DNA of 64,000 nt from Candidatus Limnocylindrales bacterium (GCA_038915815.1 JBCLCL010000003.1:7015-71014), one strand, 5' to 3'; counted from the stretch's first letter, positions 12,523-24,618 are shown. Notes: generated from the sequence alone by a model not told the origin. A program made the numbers and translations.

Positions 12523-13657
12523 CTAGTTGGCCGCGATCAACGCGTCGACGTCGGCCTGACTCGGCGTCACCGGGACGACGACGGAGCCGTCGGCGATGCC
12601 GGCCATGGCGGCCTCGACGGCCGACCATGCGTCGGCGGTGATGTTGGCCGTCTTCAGCAGCGCGATGCCGCCATTGCTGACGTCCTGCACATAACCCGCG
12701 TTGCCGAACGTGCCCGCCTGGATGTCGGCGATCGCCTTCTTGATCGTCGGCGCGAAGTCCCACAGCACGGATGACAGGAGGACGCCCTTCGTGTCGATCG
12801 AGGTCTTGTCACCGATCACGTCGATGAACCAGACCTTGTCCGCGCCCGCCGGAGGCGTCGCGGTCTCGACGGCCTGGAGCATCCCGAACGACGCGCCGTC
12901 GCCCTGGCCGAACACGATGTCCGCGCCGCCGGCGATGATCGCCTCGGTCACGCGCTTGCCACCCTCGGCATCCGCATACGCGTCCGCGCCGATCTGTGCC
13001 TGGAGGAACTTGATGTTCGGATTGACCGACTTGGCGCCGGCGACGAAGCCGCCGTTCGCCTTGTGCCAGCTGGGGGTATCCGCGGAGATGACGAGACCCA
13101 GAATGCCCGTCTTGCTCATCGAAGCGGCAAGCACCCCGGCGAGGTAGGCGCCTTCCTGGGCATTCGTGAGCACATCGGCGACGAGGCCTGGCGTCGTCGC
13201 TGCCGGAGCGTCGTAGACGAGGACCGGGATGCCGGTCTCGGCCGCGAACTCGGGCGCTGCGGTGTTGTAGCCGCTGGCATGCGCCACGATGAACTGTGCG
13301 CCGGCATCGGCGAGCTGGCGAAGGATCGGGCTCGGATCGTCGTACCCGGCGCCGTCGGCGACCTCGATGGAGGCGCCCACGGACTCGGCGGCCGCCTTCG
13401 CGCCGTCGACACCCTGCTGGTTCCAGCCGAAGTCATTGCCCTTCTCGGGGGCGATGACGGCGATCTTCGTGATCTTGTTCTCGGCCGTCGGCTCGGCGGT
13501 CGGGGCGGCGGTCGGGGCGGCGGTCGGGGCGGCGGTGGCCGGAGCCTCGCTGGGGCTGGCGGTCGTGCCAGCCGAGCAGGCCCCCGCGATCAGCGCGATG
13601 GCCCCGAGACTCGCGGCCCAGGCCGAGAGCCGGGAGTGGGTCGGTCGCTTAGGCACG
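12523..13657 (-). CDS. BMP-family ABC substrate-binding lipoprotein (PnrA/Med-like, nucleoside binding)
   Basis: SD GGAGGAG before GTG at 13657. Lipobox LIAGAC. Thr/Ala/Pro linker with a PTAA repeat. BMP-fold body. Confidence 0.85.
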
Positions 13658-13803
13658 TGCGCTCCTCCTCTTCCACTGGATCTGCCGGGCTGGGGCCTGC
13701 CACGCAGGTACCTCTGTCCCGCGACGTACACGCATCGTGCGGCGTAGTATGGTGGCCATCATGTTGACAGTCAACACGCCGTCGGTCGGGCGAGTCGTGG
13801 CGA
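13658..13803. promoter_or_regulatory. Divergent intergenic region between the BMP transporter operon (-) and the GntR regulator gene (+); likely promoters/operator
   Basis: 146-bp non-coding gap flanked by divergently oriented start codons. Lower local GC (e.g. ttgacagtcaacacg at ~13760). This palindrome-like ttgacagtcaa is a candidate GntR operator. Confidence 0.3.
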
Positions 13804-14514
13804 ATGGCTAGCTTCGACAACCAGACACTCAGGGAACGCGTCTACGCGCACCTGAAGCAGGAGATCCTGGACAACCGGATCGTCCCAGGGGCGCTGCTCC
13901 AGGAGGTTCCCCTCGCCGAATCACTTGGGGTGAGCCGCGGACCCATCCGCGAGGCGCTCAGCAGCCTGGCCGCCGAAGGGTTGGTCACGATCACGCCCCG
14001 GCGCGGGGCCGTCGTCACGGAGCTGACCAAACACGGCTTCCTCGAAGCGTACCAGGTGCGTGAAGTGCTCGAGGCGCTGGCTCTCCGACTCGCGGTCCCG
14101 CGGATGTCGAACGAGGAGCTGGACGCCCTGGAGGGTCCACTCGAGGAGATGCTGCGCTGTTCGGCGCGACAGGATGTCTCGGGGTTCTTCGAGGCGAACA
14201 GCGCATTCCACGAGGCATTCGTCGTCGCGTCGAGGAACGCGAAACTGCTCGAGGTCTACCGCCGGCTCATCGGCCAGATGGCGCCGTACAGACGACCCTC
14301 TGCGTTGCTGCGGGGCAGTCTCGACCGGTCGATCGCCGAGCACCGCGAGATCATGGTCGCGGCACGCGCACGAGAGGGCGACCGCGCGGCCGACCTGGTC
14401 ATCGACCACATCCGGGTCCCGCAGCGCCGGCTCGAAGCCCTTACGGAGGAGGAGTTCGCGCAGGAGAACCGGATGCGGTCTCATCCGTCGTCGCCCGGAC
14501 CGGGGAGCCTCTAG
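13804..14514 (+). CDS. GntR-family transcriptional regulator (FadR/FCD subfamily)
   Basis: N-terminal wHTH (LGVSRGPIREAL) and a C-terminal FCD-type helical domain. Confidence 0.85.
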   Translation: MASFDNQTLRERVYAHLKQEILDNRIVPGALLQEVPLAESLGVSRGPIREALSSLAAEGLVTITPRRGAVVTELTKHGFLEAYQVREVLEALALRLAVPRMSNEELDALEGPLEEMLRCSARQDVSGFFEANSAFHEAFVVASRNAKLLEVYRRLIGQMAPYRRPSALLRGSLDRSIAEHREIMVAARAREGDRAADLVIDHIRVPQRRLEALTEEEFAQENRMRSHPSSPGPGSL

Positions 14515-14585
14515 CCGCCATCCGTCACACCCGGTATCGCCTACACTCTCCGCCTCCGACCGTGGAACCAGTGAGAGGGAGCCAG

Positions 14586-16235
14586 ATGACCCAGTATCGG
14601 ATCGACCGGCGGCTGCCGGGCCTGTTCGTCGTCCTCGCGTTGATCGTCGGCGCCTGCGGCGGCTCGACCGCAAGTCCGTCGGCCGGTGGCGATGCGTCCG
14701 GAGGGACAGGGACGCCCACGCAGGGCGGCTCCATCGTCGTCGCCGTGGAGGGCGAACCGGCCTCGATGGACCCGGCGTTCGACTACGACTTCGTCTCCGG
14801 CCTGGCGGTCGGCAGCGTCACCGAGCCGCTGCTCAAGTTCTGCGAGAACGACCAGAAGCTCTGCCCGAACCTCGCCGAGTCGTGGACGGTCAGCCCGGAT
14901 GGCAAGACCTACACGATGAAGATCCGCCAGGGCGTGAAGTTCCACGACGGCACGACGATGACCGTCGATGACGTCGTCTTCAGCATGGACCGGGTCCGCG
15001 ATCCCGACCTGGGCTCGTACGTCGGCTGGATGCTCGCCAAGGTGAGCGATATCACTGCGCCGGATGCCAGCACCGTGGTCATCACCCTGTCCGAGCCGGA
15101 TGCGCTCCTCGAATATGCGCTGGCGAGCACCGCCGCCCACGTCGTCAACCGGAAGTTCGTGGAGGCGAACGGCGACAAGTACGGCAAGCCGGAGGTCGGT
15201 TCGATCGGCACCGGACCGTTCAAGTTCGTCGAATGGAAGAGCGGCGACCACCAGACGGTCGCCCGCTTCGACGACTACTGGGACAAGGCGAACGGCGGTC
15301 CCTATCTCGACCAGGTCACGATCAAGATCATCCCCGAGCCCACGACCCGGGTCGCCGGCCTACAGACCGGCGAGATCGACTTCATCATCAACAACATCCC
15401 GTCGGACCAGTACGCCACGGTCAAGGCCATCGCCAGCGTGGACCTGACGTTCACCGACTCGTACTACGGCGAGTGGATCACCTTCAACACGCAGAAGGCG
15501 CCGTTCGACAACGTCAAGATCCGCCAGGCGCTCAACTACGCGTTCGACAAGAAGGCCGTTCGCGAGCTCTTCTACGGCGCCGACGCGGATCCGACCAAGG
15601 GCACCCTCGTGAATCCGTCGCTCTGGACCTTCGAGAAGGACGCCTGGCAGGCAGCCTGGGATCAGCTCCCGGCGTACGACGTGGACCTCGCCAAGGCGAA
15701 GCAGCTGCTCGACGAGTCGGGCGTGGCCGACCAGTTGAACGGGACGGAGATCGCGTACTACGAGTCCACCCCGTCGATCAAGGGCGCCGCCGAGGCGTTC
15801 ATCGACTCGATGTCCAAGCTCGGGATCACGATCAAGGCCCGCAAGGTCACCTACCAGGAAAATGTCGCGCTCCAGTTCGGCCCTCACGACGACTACGACA
15901 TCCTGGTCGCGAGCTGGGGCTCGGACTTCCCCGATCCTTCCGGAAACCTGCGCCCCAACTTCGCCTCCGAGAACATCGTGGCCGGCGGGGCGAACTCCAC
16001 GGCCTACCAGAACGCGCAGGTGGATACGCTGCTCGCGGAGCAGAACACCCTCCTCGACAAGGCGGAACGGGCGAGGCTCCTGATCGAGGCGCAGAAGATC
16101 ATCGCCGAGGACTCGGCCGTGATCGTCACCGCCTACCCAGGATGGCCGCTCGCGGTCAACAAGCGCCTGGCCGGACAGTCCGTTTCGTCACTCTGGTACT
16201 GGGGGTCTCTCTTCAAGGACATGTACGTCAAGTAG
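14586..16235 (+). CDS. ABC transporter substrate-binding lipoprotein, family 5 (peptide/nickel, DppA/OppA-like)
   Basis: SD GAGGGAG before ATG 14586. Lipoprotein signal LALIVGACGGS. Family-5 SBP regions throughout. Confidence 0.85.
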   Translation: MTQYRIDRRLPGLFVVLALIVGACGGSTASPSAGGDASGGTGTPTQGGSIVVAVEGEPASMDPAFDYDFVSGLAVGSVTEPLLKFCENDQKLCPNLAESWTVSPDGKTYTMKIRQGVKFHDGTTMTVDDVVFSMDRVRDPDLGSYVGWMLAKVSDITAPDASTVVITLSEPDALLEYALASTAAHVVNRKFVEANGDKYGKPEVGSIGTGPFKFVEWKSGDHQTVARFDDYWDKANGGPYLDQVTIKIIPEPTTRVAGLQTGEIDFIINNIPSDQYATVKAIASVDLTFTDSYYGEWITFNTQKAPFDNVKIRQALNYAFDKKAVRELFYGADADPTKGTLVNPSLWTFEKDAWQAAWDQLPAYDVDLAKAKQLLDESGVADQLNGTEIAYYESTPSIKGAAEAFIDSMSKLGITIKARKVTYQENVALQFGPHDDYDILVASWGSDFPDPSGNLRPNFASENIVAGGANSTAYQNAQVDTLLAEQNTLLDKAERARLLIEAQKIIAEDSAVIVTAYPGWPLAVNKRLAGQSVSSLWYWGSLFKDMYVK

Positions 16236-16288
16236 CGGGCGCTCGCTTCTGACCTGAGCTCGATCGGGCGGCCCTCCGCGGCCGCCCG

Positions 16289-17245
16289 ATGAAGGGAGAC
16301 ACGGAGATCGCTGCGTATGCGCTGCGGCGCTTGGCCGCGCTCATCCCCGTGCTCGCCTTCGTCTCGTTCGTCACCTTCGGCCTGGTTCGCCTGGCGCCGG
16401 GGGATCCGGTGCTCATCGTGCTCGGCGGCAAGCGGGTGGACCCCGCGACCATGGAGGTGCTCCGGCACCAGTTCGGCCTCGTCGGGGACCCGTTCAGCCA
16501 GTACGTCGCCTGGCTCGGCCGTGCCCTGCAGGGCGATCTGGGCGAGAGTTTCCGCCTCCGCCAGGATGTCGTGTCGCTCATCGCCGAGCGATTGCCCCTG
16601 ACCCTCCAGCTCGTCGGCCTCTCCATGCTGATCGCGATCGTCGTGGCGATCCCGCTCGGCGTGATCCAGGCCCATCGGCGCAACTCGGTCATCGACTATG
16701 CCGGCAGCCTGCTCGCCCTGATCGGCCTGAGCTCGCCGGTCTACTTCACCGCGATCGTCGGCGTGCTCGTCTTCGCGGTAGGGCTCGGCTGGCTGCCGGC
16801 CTTCGGGTCAGGCCAGGACCCGATCGACCAGCTGCGTCACCTGATCCTGCCGGCGGTCGCGCTCGCCCTCGGAACGATCGCGCTCACGTCGCGGATGACC
16901 CGCTCGGCGATGCTCGAGGCGCTCAGCTCCGACTACATCGAGGCCGCCCGTGCCAAGGGGCTCCCGGAGCGCACGATCCTGGTCAAGCACGCCCTTCGGA
17001 ATGCCCTGATCCCGGTCGTCACGGTCACCTCGCTCCAGATCGGCTTCCTGCTCGTGGGTAGCGTGCTGGTCGAGACGACCCTGGGCCTGGGCGGTCTCGG
17101 GAGCCTGATCACCGACGCGATCCAGAACCGCGACTACCCGGTGATCCAGGCGACGGTCCTCCTCCTGACGGTTGCGTTCAGCCTTCTGAACCTGGCCACC
17201 GATCTGCTCTACGGCGTGATCGATCCACGGATCCGCTACGGATGA
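16289..17245 (+). CDS. ABC transporter permease (DppB/OppB-like)
   Basis: BPD_transp_1 style permease with EAA-like loop. Operon with the flanking genes. Confidence 0.85.
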   Translation: MKGDTEIAAYALRRLAALIPVLAFVSFVTFGLVRLAPGDPVLIVLGGKRVDPATMEVLRHQFGLVGDPFSQYVAWLGRALQGDLGESFRLRQDVVSLIAERLPLTLQLVGLSMLIAIVVAIPLGVIQAHRRNSVIDYAGSLLALIGLSSPVYFTAIVGVLVFAVGLGWLPAFGSGQDPIDQLRHLILPAVALALGTIALTSRMTRSAMLEALSSDYIEAARAKGLPERTILVKHALRNALIPVVTVTSLQIGFLLVGSVLVETTLGLGGLGSLITDAIQNRDYPVIQATVLLLTVAFSLLNLATDLLYGVIDPRIRYG

Positions 17246-18117
17246 GCACCGGCGCCGTCGTCGTCCCGCGCCTCGGCTTCCTGGCCGCGCTCCGCCGCTC
17301 GCCGCTGGCCCGCAACCGGGCGGCCGTCGTCGGGCTCTTCATCCTTCTGCCGATCCTGGTCGCGACGGTGGCCCCGTGGATCCTTACCTCGCTCCAGCCG
17401 AACGCGCAGGACCTGTCAGCCTCGCTCCAGTTCCCCGACGGCCAGCACCTGCTGGGCACCGACAAGCTCGGTCGAGATGTCTGGACGCGGATCGTCTACG
17501 GGGCGCAACCGACCCTCCTCGGCGCGCTTGTCGTGGTGCTCATCAGCGGCGTGCTCGGGATCCCGCTGGGGCTCGTGGCCGGCTACTACGGCGGACGCGT
17601 GGACGCGTTGATCATGCGCATCCTCGATGCCCTCCTGGCCTTCCCGGCCCTGCTCCTGGCGATCCTCGTCGTGGCCACCTTCGGGCGGGGGCTCGGTACC
17701 GTGGTCGTGGCCCTCGGCGTGATCTACGTGCCGGCCATGGCTCGCCTGATCCGGAGCGTGACGATGGTCCAGCGCTCGCTCGCCTACGTCGATGCGGCGC
17801 GCGCCCTCGGCTTCTCGGATGCCCGGATCCTCTTCCGGCACATCCTGCCGAACCTGGTCGCGGCCGTCGTCGTCCAGTCGACGATCGACCTCGCCTACGC
17901 CATCCTGGACATCGCCGCGCTCAGCTTCCTGGGCCTGGGCCAGCAGCCACCGGATCCGGACTGGGGCTCGATGCTCTCCGACGGCCGGGCCTATCTCCTC
18001 CAGAACGCCTGGCCTGCGCTCTCGGCCGGGTTCTCCATCATGCTCACGGTGATCAGCTTCAACCTCGTCGGCGACGGTCTTCGCTCGCAGCTCGATCCCC
18101 GTGAACGGGAGCGCTGA
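17242..18117 (+). CDS. ABC transporter permease (DppC/OppC-like)
   Basis: Second permease. 4-nt overlap with the upstream gene. Confidence 0.85.
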   Translation: MSTGAVVVPRLGFLAALRRSPLARNRAAVVGLFILLPILVATVAPWILTSLQPNAQDLSASLQFPDGQHLLGTDKLGRDVWTRIVYGAQPTLLGALVVVLISGVLGIPLGLVAGYYGGRVDALIMRILDALLAFPALLLAILVVATFGRGLGTVVVALGVIYVPAMARLIRSVTMVQRSLAYVDAARALGFSDARILFRHILPNLVAAVVVQSTIDLAYAILDIAALSFLGLGQQPPDPDWGSMLSDGRAYLLQNAWPALSAGFSIMLTVISFNLVGDGLRSQLDPRERER

Positions 18118-18118
18118 G

Positions 18119-19185
<1,067 letters not shown>

Positions 19186-19189
<4 letters not shown>

Positions 19190-20211
19190 GCAACGACTGG
19201 GCGATCGACTCAGCCCTCGGCCGGGTGGCCGAGGGCGACGCCCTGCTCAGTGTCCGCGACCTCGTGGTCACCTACCCGGGAGCGCGCCGGTTGACCGATC
19301 GCCTGCGCGGGCGCCCAGCGTCCGATCTGACCGCGGTCCGTGGCGTGGACCTGACCATCCGGCGCGGCGAGACGCTGGCCCTCGTCGGGGAGTCGGGCTC
19401 GGGGAAGACCACCGCGGGTCGGGCGATCATCCGGCTGGTGGAGGCAGCCTCGGGGAGCGTGACCTTCGACGGGATCGACGTGCGGGCCACCTCCCGGGCC
19501 GAGCTCCGGCGGCTCCGCGAGCGGATCCAGATCGTCTTCCAGGACCCCTACTCCAGTCTCAATCCCCGGATCGCGGTCGGTGCGGCGATCGAGGAGGTGC
19601 TCCTCGTGCATGGGATCGGGGCGACCGCGGCCGAGCGACGCGAGCGGGTCGGGGCGCTGCTGGCAGACGTCGGTCTCGGCGCCGAGCATGCCGGGCGCTA
19701 CCCGCACGAGCTGTCGGGCGGGCAGCGACAGCGGGTCGGCATCGCCAGGGCGCTCGCGGTGGGACCGGAACTGTTGATCCTCGACGAGCCCGTCAGCGCC
19801 CTCGACGTCTCCGTCCAGGCCCAGATCGTCAACCTCCTCGACGACCTCCAGGAGGAGCACGGGCTGGCCTACCTCTTCATCGCCCACGACCTTGCGGTGG
19901 TCCATCACATCGCCGACCGGGTCGCGGTGATGTACCTCGGCGAGATCGTCGAGGAGGGTCGGGTGGACGAGCTCTTCGCCGACCCGCGCCACCCCTATAC
20001 CCGCGCCCTGCTCGCGTCGATCCCGGGCGCCCGTTCCGGTGGAGAACGGGCTCGGGATGAGCTTCGGCTCGAGCTGGCGGCGGGCCCGGGCTGTCCGTTT
20101 CGCAATCGCTGCCCGGAGCGTCACGACCGGTGCGAAGTCAGGCCACCGTACGTCGAGCTGGCCGACGGGCGGCGGAGTCGCTGTTGGCTGGAGACGGAGG
20201 AGTCGGCATGA
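19186..20211 (+). CDS. ABC transporter ATP-binding protein (DppF/OppF-like)
   Basis: Walker A GESGSGKTT, LSGGQRQR signature. ATGA-type overlap with the upstream gene. Confidence 0.85.
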
Positions 20212-21137
20212 GTCGTTCGCCCTTCCACGTTCGTCGCGATCAGTTCCACCTTGCCTGGGACGGCACGCTCGAGCCCGTCCTGCGCGTGGGCGACGGCGAC
20301 GAGGTCGAGTTCGACGCGCTGGATGCGTCGTGCGGCCAGATCACGGCGACGTCGACGGCGGCGGACCTCGCCCGGCTGGACTTCTCGCGGGTGGACCAGG
20401 TCTGTGGCCCGGTCCATGTGGATGGGGCCGAGCCCGGCGACACGCTGCAGGTGGAGCTGCTCGACTTCAGCCCGGGCGATTGGGGCTGGACGGCCGCCAT
20501 CCCGGGGTTCGGTCTCCTCGCCGACGAGTTCCCGGACGCGGCCCTCCGGATCACCCGGTTGGCCGGCGGCGTCGGGGAGTTCCTGCCCGGGATCCGGATC
20601 CCGCTCGCCCCCTTCTGCGGGGAGCTTGGCGTGGCGCCGGCGGGCGAGCCGCGCTCCACGATCCCGCCCACGGAACTCGGCGGGAACATGGATACCCGCC
20701 ATCTCACCGCCGGCTCGGTGCTCTGGCTTCCCGTCGCGGTGCCCGGGGCGCTGTTCAGCCTCGGCGACGGCCATGCCGCCCAGGGCGATGGCGAGGTGTG
20801 CGGGACCGCCATCGAGACCTCGATGCGCGCCCGCGTGCGCCTGAGCGTTCGCCGCGACGTCCGGGTCACGGCGCCGGAGTTCCGAACGGCGGGGCCATTG
20901 GGTTCCTCGACGAACACCGCCGGCTGGTACGCAGCGGACGGCGTGGGTCCGGACCTGATGATCGCGGCCCGCGATGCCGTCCGCCGGATGATCGACCGGC
21001 TCGGGGCTGAGCACGGACTCGCCGGGCTGGACGCCTACCTGCTCCTGAGTGTCGCCGGCGACCTGCGGATCAGCGAGATCGTGGACCAGCCGAACTGGAT
21101 CGTCACGGCCTACTGCCCGCGCTCCATCTTCGGCTGA
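20208..21137 (+). CDS. Acetamidase/formamidase family amidohydrolase (FmdA/AmdA)
   Basis: ATG 20208 overlaps the upstream stop. Conserved FmdA_AmdA blocks (GPVHVDGAEPGD, GNMDTRHL, GDGHAAQGDGEV). Confidence 0.8.
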   Translation: MSRSPFHVRRDQFHLAWDGTLEPVLRVGDGDEVEFDALDASCGQITATSTAADLARLDFSRVDQVCGPVHVDGAEPGDTLQVELLDFSPGDWGWTAAIPGFGLLADEFPDAALRITRLAGGVGEFLPGIRIPLAPFCGELGVAPAGEPRSTIPPTELGGNMDTRHLTAGSVLWLPVAVPGALFSLGDGHAAQGDGEVCGTAIETSMRARVRLSVRRDVRVTAPEFRTAGPLGSSTNTAGWYAADGVGPDLMIAARDAVRRMIDRLGAEHGLAGLDAYLLLSVAGDLRISEIVDQPNWIVTAYCPRSIFG

Positions 21138-21301
21138 TCCCCGTCACATCCGGCGTCGCGAGCCTCGCGGGTCGGGGAACGGTGCAGCCAGTTGTCCGAT
21201 CTCACCGATGCGGTCGCCACCGCGCCATGATCGCCCGGGGAGGACGAGACGCTAGACTCGGACCAGCGGCGTAGCCAGGTGAATGTCACGAAGGAGAACG
21301 A

Positions 21302-21661
21302 ATGAACCTGAACGGTATTCTGATCGGGTCAGAGGATCCGCAGCGCCTGGCGGACTACTACACCAGGCTCTTCGGCGAGCCGGTCTGGGATGTAGGCGGG
21401 TACACCGCATGGCAGCTCGGCACTGGCGGGATCACCGTGGGGCCGCACGACGCGGTCAAGGGTCGGAACACGCACCCGGGCAGGTTGATCTGGAATGTCG
21501 AGAGCTCCGACGTACAGGGCGACTTCGACCGGTTCAAGGCGGCCGGCGCCACGGTCGTCCGGGAGCCCTATCACCCGGGTGAGATGCCCGAGGCGTCGAT
21601 CGCCACGTTCTCCGATCCGGACGACAACTACTTCCAGCTCATCTCCCCGATCCAGTTCTGA
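21302..21661 (+). CDS. VOC/glyoxalase-like small protein
   Basis: RBS AAGGAG 8 nt before ATG. 119 aa with glyoxalase-like fold hints. Confidence 0.55.
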   Translation: MNLNGILIGSEDPQRLADYYTRLFGEPVWDVGGYTAWQLGTGGITVGPHDAVKGRNTHPGRLIWNVESSDVQGDFDRFKAAGATVVREPYHPGEMPEASIATFSDPDDNYFQLISPIQF

Positions 21662-21721
21662 TCCGCGTGCTGGAGTGACCTCGGGGTCGCGCGGGGGGCG
21701 ATGTCGGGCCGAACGTAGAGC

Positions 21722-23068
21722 TTGGTGGGGATCGTGCCGCACAGCTACTGGAACGAGGCGATCGAGACGATGTCGCCGGGCGACGTGCGCCGGCTGGAGG
21801 ACGACCGGCTCGTCGAACAGATCGCCTACGACTACGCGGCCAGTCCCTTCTACCGCGCGAGGCTCGACGCCGCCGGCGTGACGCCTGACCGGATCCGCCA
21901 CGCCGAGGATCTCGCGCGCATCCCGTTCATGGAGAAGAGCGAGGTCGCCGAGTCGCAGGCCGACGGCACGCTCCTCGGCGTGAACCAGTGCGCGCCGCTC
22001 GACAGGATCGTCCGGATCCAGGCGACGGGCGGCACGACCGGTCGACCGATGCGGATCGGGCTGACCCGTCGGGACATCGCGGATTACTGCGAAACGGGGG
22101 CGAGGGCCCTGTGGGCGATGGGCTGCCGTCCGGGCGACATCGTGTTCGAGTGCATGAACTACAACCTCTACGCGGGTGGCCTGAGTGACCACCTGACCTT
22201 CGAGACCGTGGGCGCCGCCACGATCCCCTTCGGTGTCGGCCAGAGCGAGCGGCTGCTGACGATGATGGCCGAGCTCAAGGATCCTGTCGGCATCTGGGCG
22301 ACACCGTCCTACGCCGTCCGTCTCGCCGACGTCGCGCTCCAGCTCGGCATCGAGCCACGATCCGTCGGCCTGCGCAAGGGGTTCTTCTCGGGCGAGGCGG
22401 GGATGCAGGTGCCGGGCTACCGCGAGCGGATCCAGGAGACCTGGGGCATGGTCGCGCGCGACCAGTACGGGACCGGCGAGCTCGGGCTCCATTCGGGGGA
22501 ATGCGAACACCAGAACGGGGTGCACTTCGGGGGCACCGGGATCGCGATCGCGGAGCTGATCGACCCGGAGAGCGGCGACGTCCTGCCCTTCACCGACGGC
22601 CAGCAGGGCGAGGTGGTCTACACGTCGATCCATCGCGAGGCCTGCCCGCTGCTGCGGATGCGGTCGCACGACCTTATGCAGGTGTTCACCGATCCGTGCC
22701 CGTGCGGGCGGACGAGCTTCCGGTTCCGCATCCTCGGGCGGTCGGACGACATGTTCATCGTCAAGGGCGTGAACGTCTTTCCGCTGTCGATCCAGGCCGT
22801 GCTGATGAAGCTCGCGCCGCGCCTGACGGGCGAGTTCCGCGTCGTCATCGACCGCCCGCCGCCGATCGACTATCCCGTTCCACTTACGGTCGAGGTCGCC
22901 CGCGACCTGCCCGCGGCGCACTACGACGCACTCACGCGCGAGTGCGTGGCCCGGCTCCAGGCGGAACTCAACTTCACGGCGGCGGTGACGATCGTCCAGC
23001 CGGGCGGCATCGCCACCGAGAAGAAGACCCGCCGGGTCATCCGCAGCTACCGAGGGGAGGTGTACTGA
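21722..23068 (+). CDS. paaK: Phenylacetate-CoA ligase (PaaK family adenylate-forming enzyme)
   Basis: PaaK-type N-terminus (WNEAIETMSPGDVRRLEDDRLVEQIAYDYAASPFYR), AMP-binding core, C-terminal FIVKGVNVFP motif. Start TTG/GTG around 21722-21734 is uncertain. Confidence 0.85.
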   Translation: MVGIVPHSYWNEAIETMSPGDVRRLEDDRLVEQIAYDYAASPFYRARLDAAGVTPDRIRHAEDLARIPFMEKSEVAESQADGTLLGVNQCAPLDRIVRIQATGGTTGRPMRIGLTRRDIADYCETGARALWAMGCRPGDIVFECMNYNLYAGGLSDHLTFETVGAATIPFGVGQSERLLTMMAELKDPVGIWATPSYAVRLADVALQLGIEPRSVGLRKGFFSGEAGMQVPGYRERIQETWGMVARDQYGTGELGLHSGECEHQNGVHFGGTGIAIAELIDPESGDVLPFTDGQQGEVVYTSIHREACPLLRMRSHDLMQVFTDPCPCGRTSFRFRILGRSDDMFIVKGVNVFPLSIQAVLMKLAPRLTGEFRVVIDRPPPIDYPVPLTVEVARDLPAAHYDALTRECVARLQAELNFTAAVTIVQPGGIATEKKTRRVIRSYRGEVY

Positions 23069-23826
23069 TGGCCATCGTCGAGGTCGAGACGCGGGGTGAC
23101 GTCGCGCTCATCACGCTCACGCGGCCAGAGAAGCTGAACGCGATCAACGACGAGATGCTGGACGGCCTGTACGACGCGGTCGAGGCGATCGGCCGGTCCG
23201 AGACGATCGGTGCGGCGGTGCTGACCGGCCGCGGTCGGGCGTTCTCGGCCGGGGGCGACATCGCCGCGATGGCGGCCATGGACGAACGAGCCTTCGCCGA
23301 TACGATCGCGCGGTACATGCGCATGGCGGCAGCGTTCCGGGCCTGCCCACGGCCGATCATCGGGGCGATCCATGGATACGCCCTCGCGGGCGGCTTCGAG
23401 CTCGCCCTGCTGTGCGACGTCCGGTTCGCGGCCAGGGGCACGAAGTTCGGCCTTCCGGACACCGCCCTGGGCCTCAGTCCCACGAGCGGCATGACCTGGC
23501 TCCTGCCGCGGATCGTCGGCCTCGGCCGGGCGATGCACCTCACCCTCTCGGCGGAGCAGATCGAGGCCGAGGAAGCGGAGCGGATCGGTCTGGTGGACCG
23601 GGTGACGGAACCCGAGGCGTTGCTGGCCGAGGCCGAAGCCTTCGCGCGCCGGATCGCGTCGTATCCGCGGGTCGGCGTCGCCTGGACCAAGCTCGGGTTC
23701 CAGCGTGCCCTGGAGAGTGACTTCGGGGCAGCGACGCGCAGCGAGGAGGAGGCCGAACTCGCCTGCTTCCGTTCGCCGGACACGCGGGCGCGCTTCCGCG
23801 CCTTCGTCGACCGCCAGCGCGGCTAG
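23068..23826 (+). CDS. Enoyl-CoA hydratase/isomerase (crotonase) family
   Basis: ATG at 23068 overlapping the paaK stop. Crotonase motifs (GRGRAFSAGGDI, GYALAGGFELALLCD). The 22501 ORF in the track is a wrong-frame extension. Confidence 0.85.
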   Translation: MAIVEVETRGDVALITLTRPEKLNAINDEMLDGLYDAVEAIGRSETIGAAVLTGRGRAFSAGGDIAAMAAMDERAFADTIARYMRMAAAFRACPRPIIGAIHGYALAGGFELALLCDVRFAARGTKFGLPDTALGLSPTSGMTWLLPRIVGLGRAMHLTLSAEQIEAEEAERIGLVDRVTEPEALLAEAEAFARRIASYPRVGVAWTKLGFQRALESDFGAATRSEEEAELACFRSPDTRARFRAFVDRQRG

Positions 23827-23935
23827 GACGTCGTAGGCGTGGCACGGCTGGCACGGTCGCAGGAATAGGTCCATGCCCTATGACCTGGGCCGGTTCCTGA
23901 ACAGCGTGGCGCCCGCCACGAAGATGCGCTAGCGT

Positions 23936-24193
23936 ATGCACATGCGCAACCTTGAACGTCGCGTCCAGCTTCTCCTCGACGAACCCCGCTTCCGGAAGGT
24001 GGCAGGCGAGGCAGGGCGCCGCCACGTGTCGGTGGCGGCGGTCATCCGCGAGGCGATCGATCGGTTGCCGGCAGGGGCCGATCAGCGTCGAGCCGCGATC
24101 GCCGAGATCCTCGCGGCCGAGCCGATGCCGCTGCCAGCTGATCCGGCCGAGCTCCGGCGTGAGCTGGACGTCGCCCGCGAGCGAGCGGGATGA
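23936..24193 (+). CDS. vapB: Type II antitoxin (VapB-like, ribbon-helix-helix)
   Basis: 85 aa. ATGA overlap with a downstream PIN gene. Typical TA architecture. Confidence 0.7.
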   Translation: MHMRNLERRVQLLLDEPRFRKVAGEAGRRHVSVAAVIREAIDRLPAGADQRRAAIAEILAAEPMPLPADPAELRRELDVARERAG

Positions 24194-24618
24194 TCATCCT
24201 CGACACGACGATCCTCGCCTACGCGGTCGGGGGCGAGCATCCCTTCCGCGATGCCTGCCGCCGGCTGCTTGAGGCGCACGCTGACGGTCGAGTCGAGGCG
24301 ACCACGACCGTCGAGGTGATCCAGGAGTTCGCTCACATTCGGGCCCGCCGTCAACCCCGGCCGGACGCCGTCCATCTCGCGCGTCAGTACGCGGCCGCCC
24401 TCAACATCCTGGTCACGACGCCAGACGATCTGGACCGCGGCCTCGGCTTGTTCGAGCGGTACCCCGCGCTCGGCGCGTTCGATTCGGTACTGGCGGCCGT
24501 CGCCCTGGGGCACCGCGCGCAGGCGCTCGTCTCCGCCGACAGAGCGTTCGCCTCCGTCCCGGGCCTGCCGTGGGTCGACCCTGCCACTCCCGCCCTGCTG
24601 CGACTCCTCGGGGACTAA
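24190..24618 (+). CDS. vapC: PIN-domain toxin VapC
   Basis: N-terminal ILDTTIL (first acidic residue) and the rest of the PIN acidic quartet. 142 aa. Confidence 0.8.
   Translation: MIILDTTILAYAVGGEHPFRDACRRLLEAHADGRVEATTTVEVIQEFAHIRARRQPRPDAVHLARQYAAALNILVTTPDDLDRGLGLFERYPALGAFDSVLAAVALGHRAQALVSADRAFASVPGLPWVDPATPALLRLLGD

Noticed and set aside
22501-23067. Alternative long frame upstream of the enoyl-CoA hydratase gene
   Set aside because: Out-of-frame overlap with paaK. The crotonase domain begins at the ATG 23068 (MAIVEVETRG).
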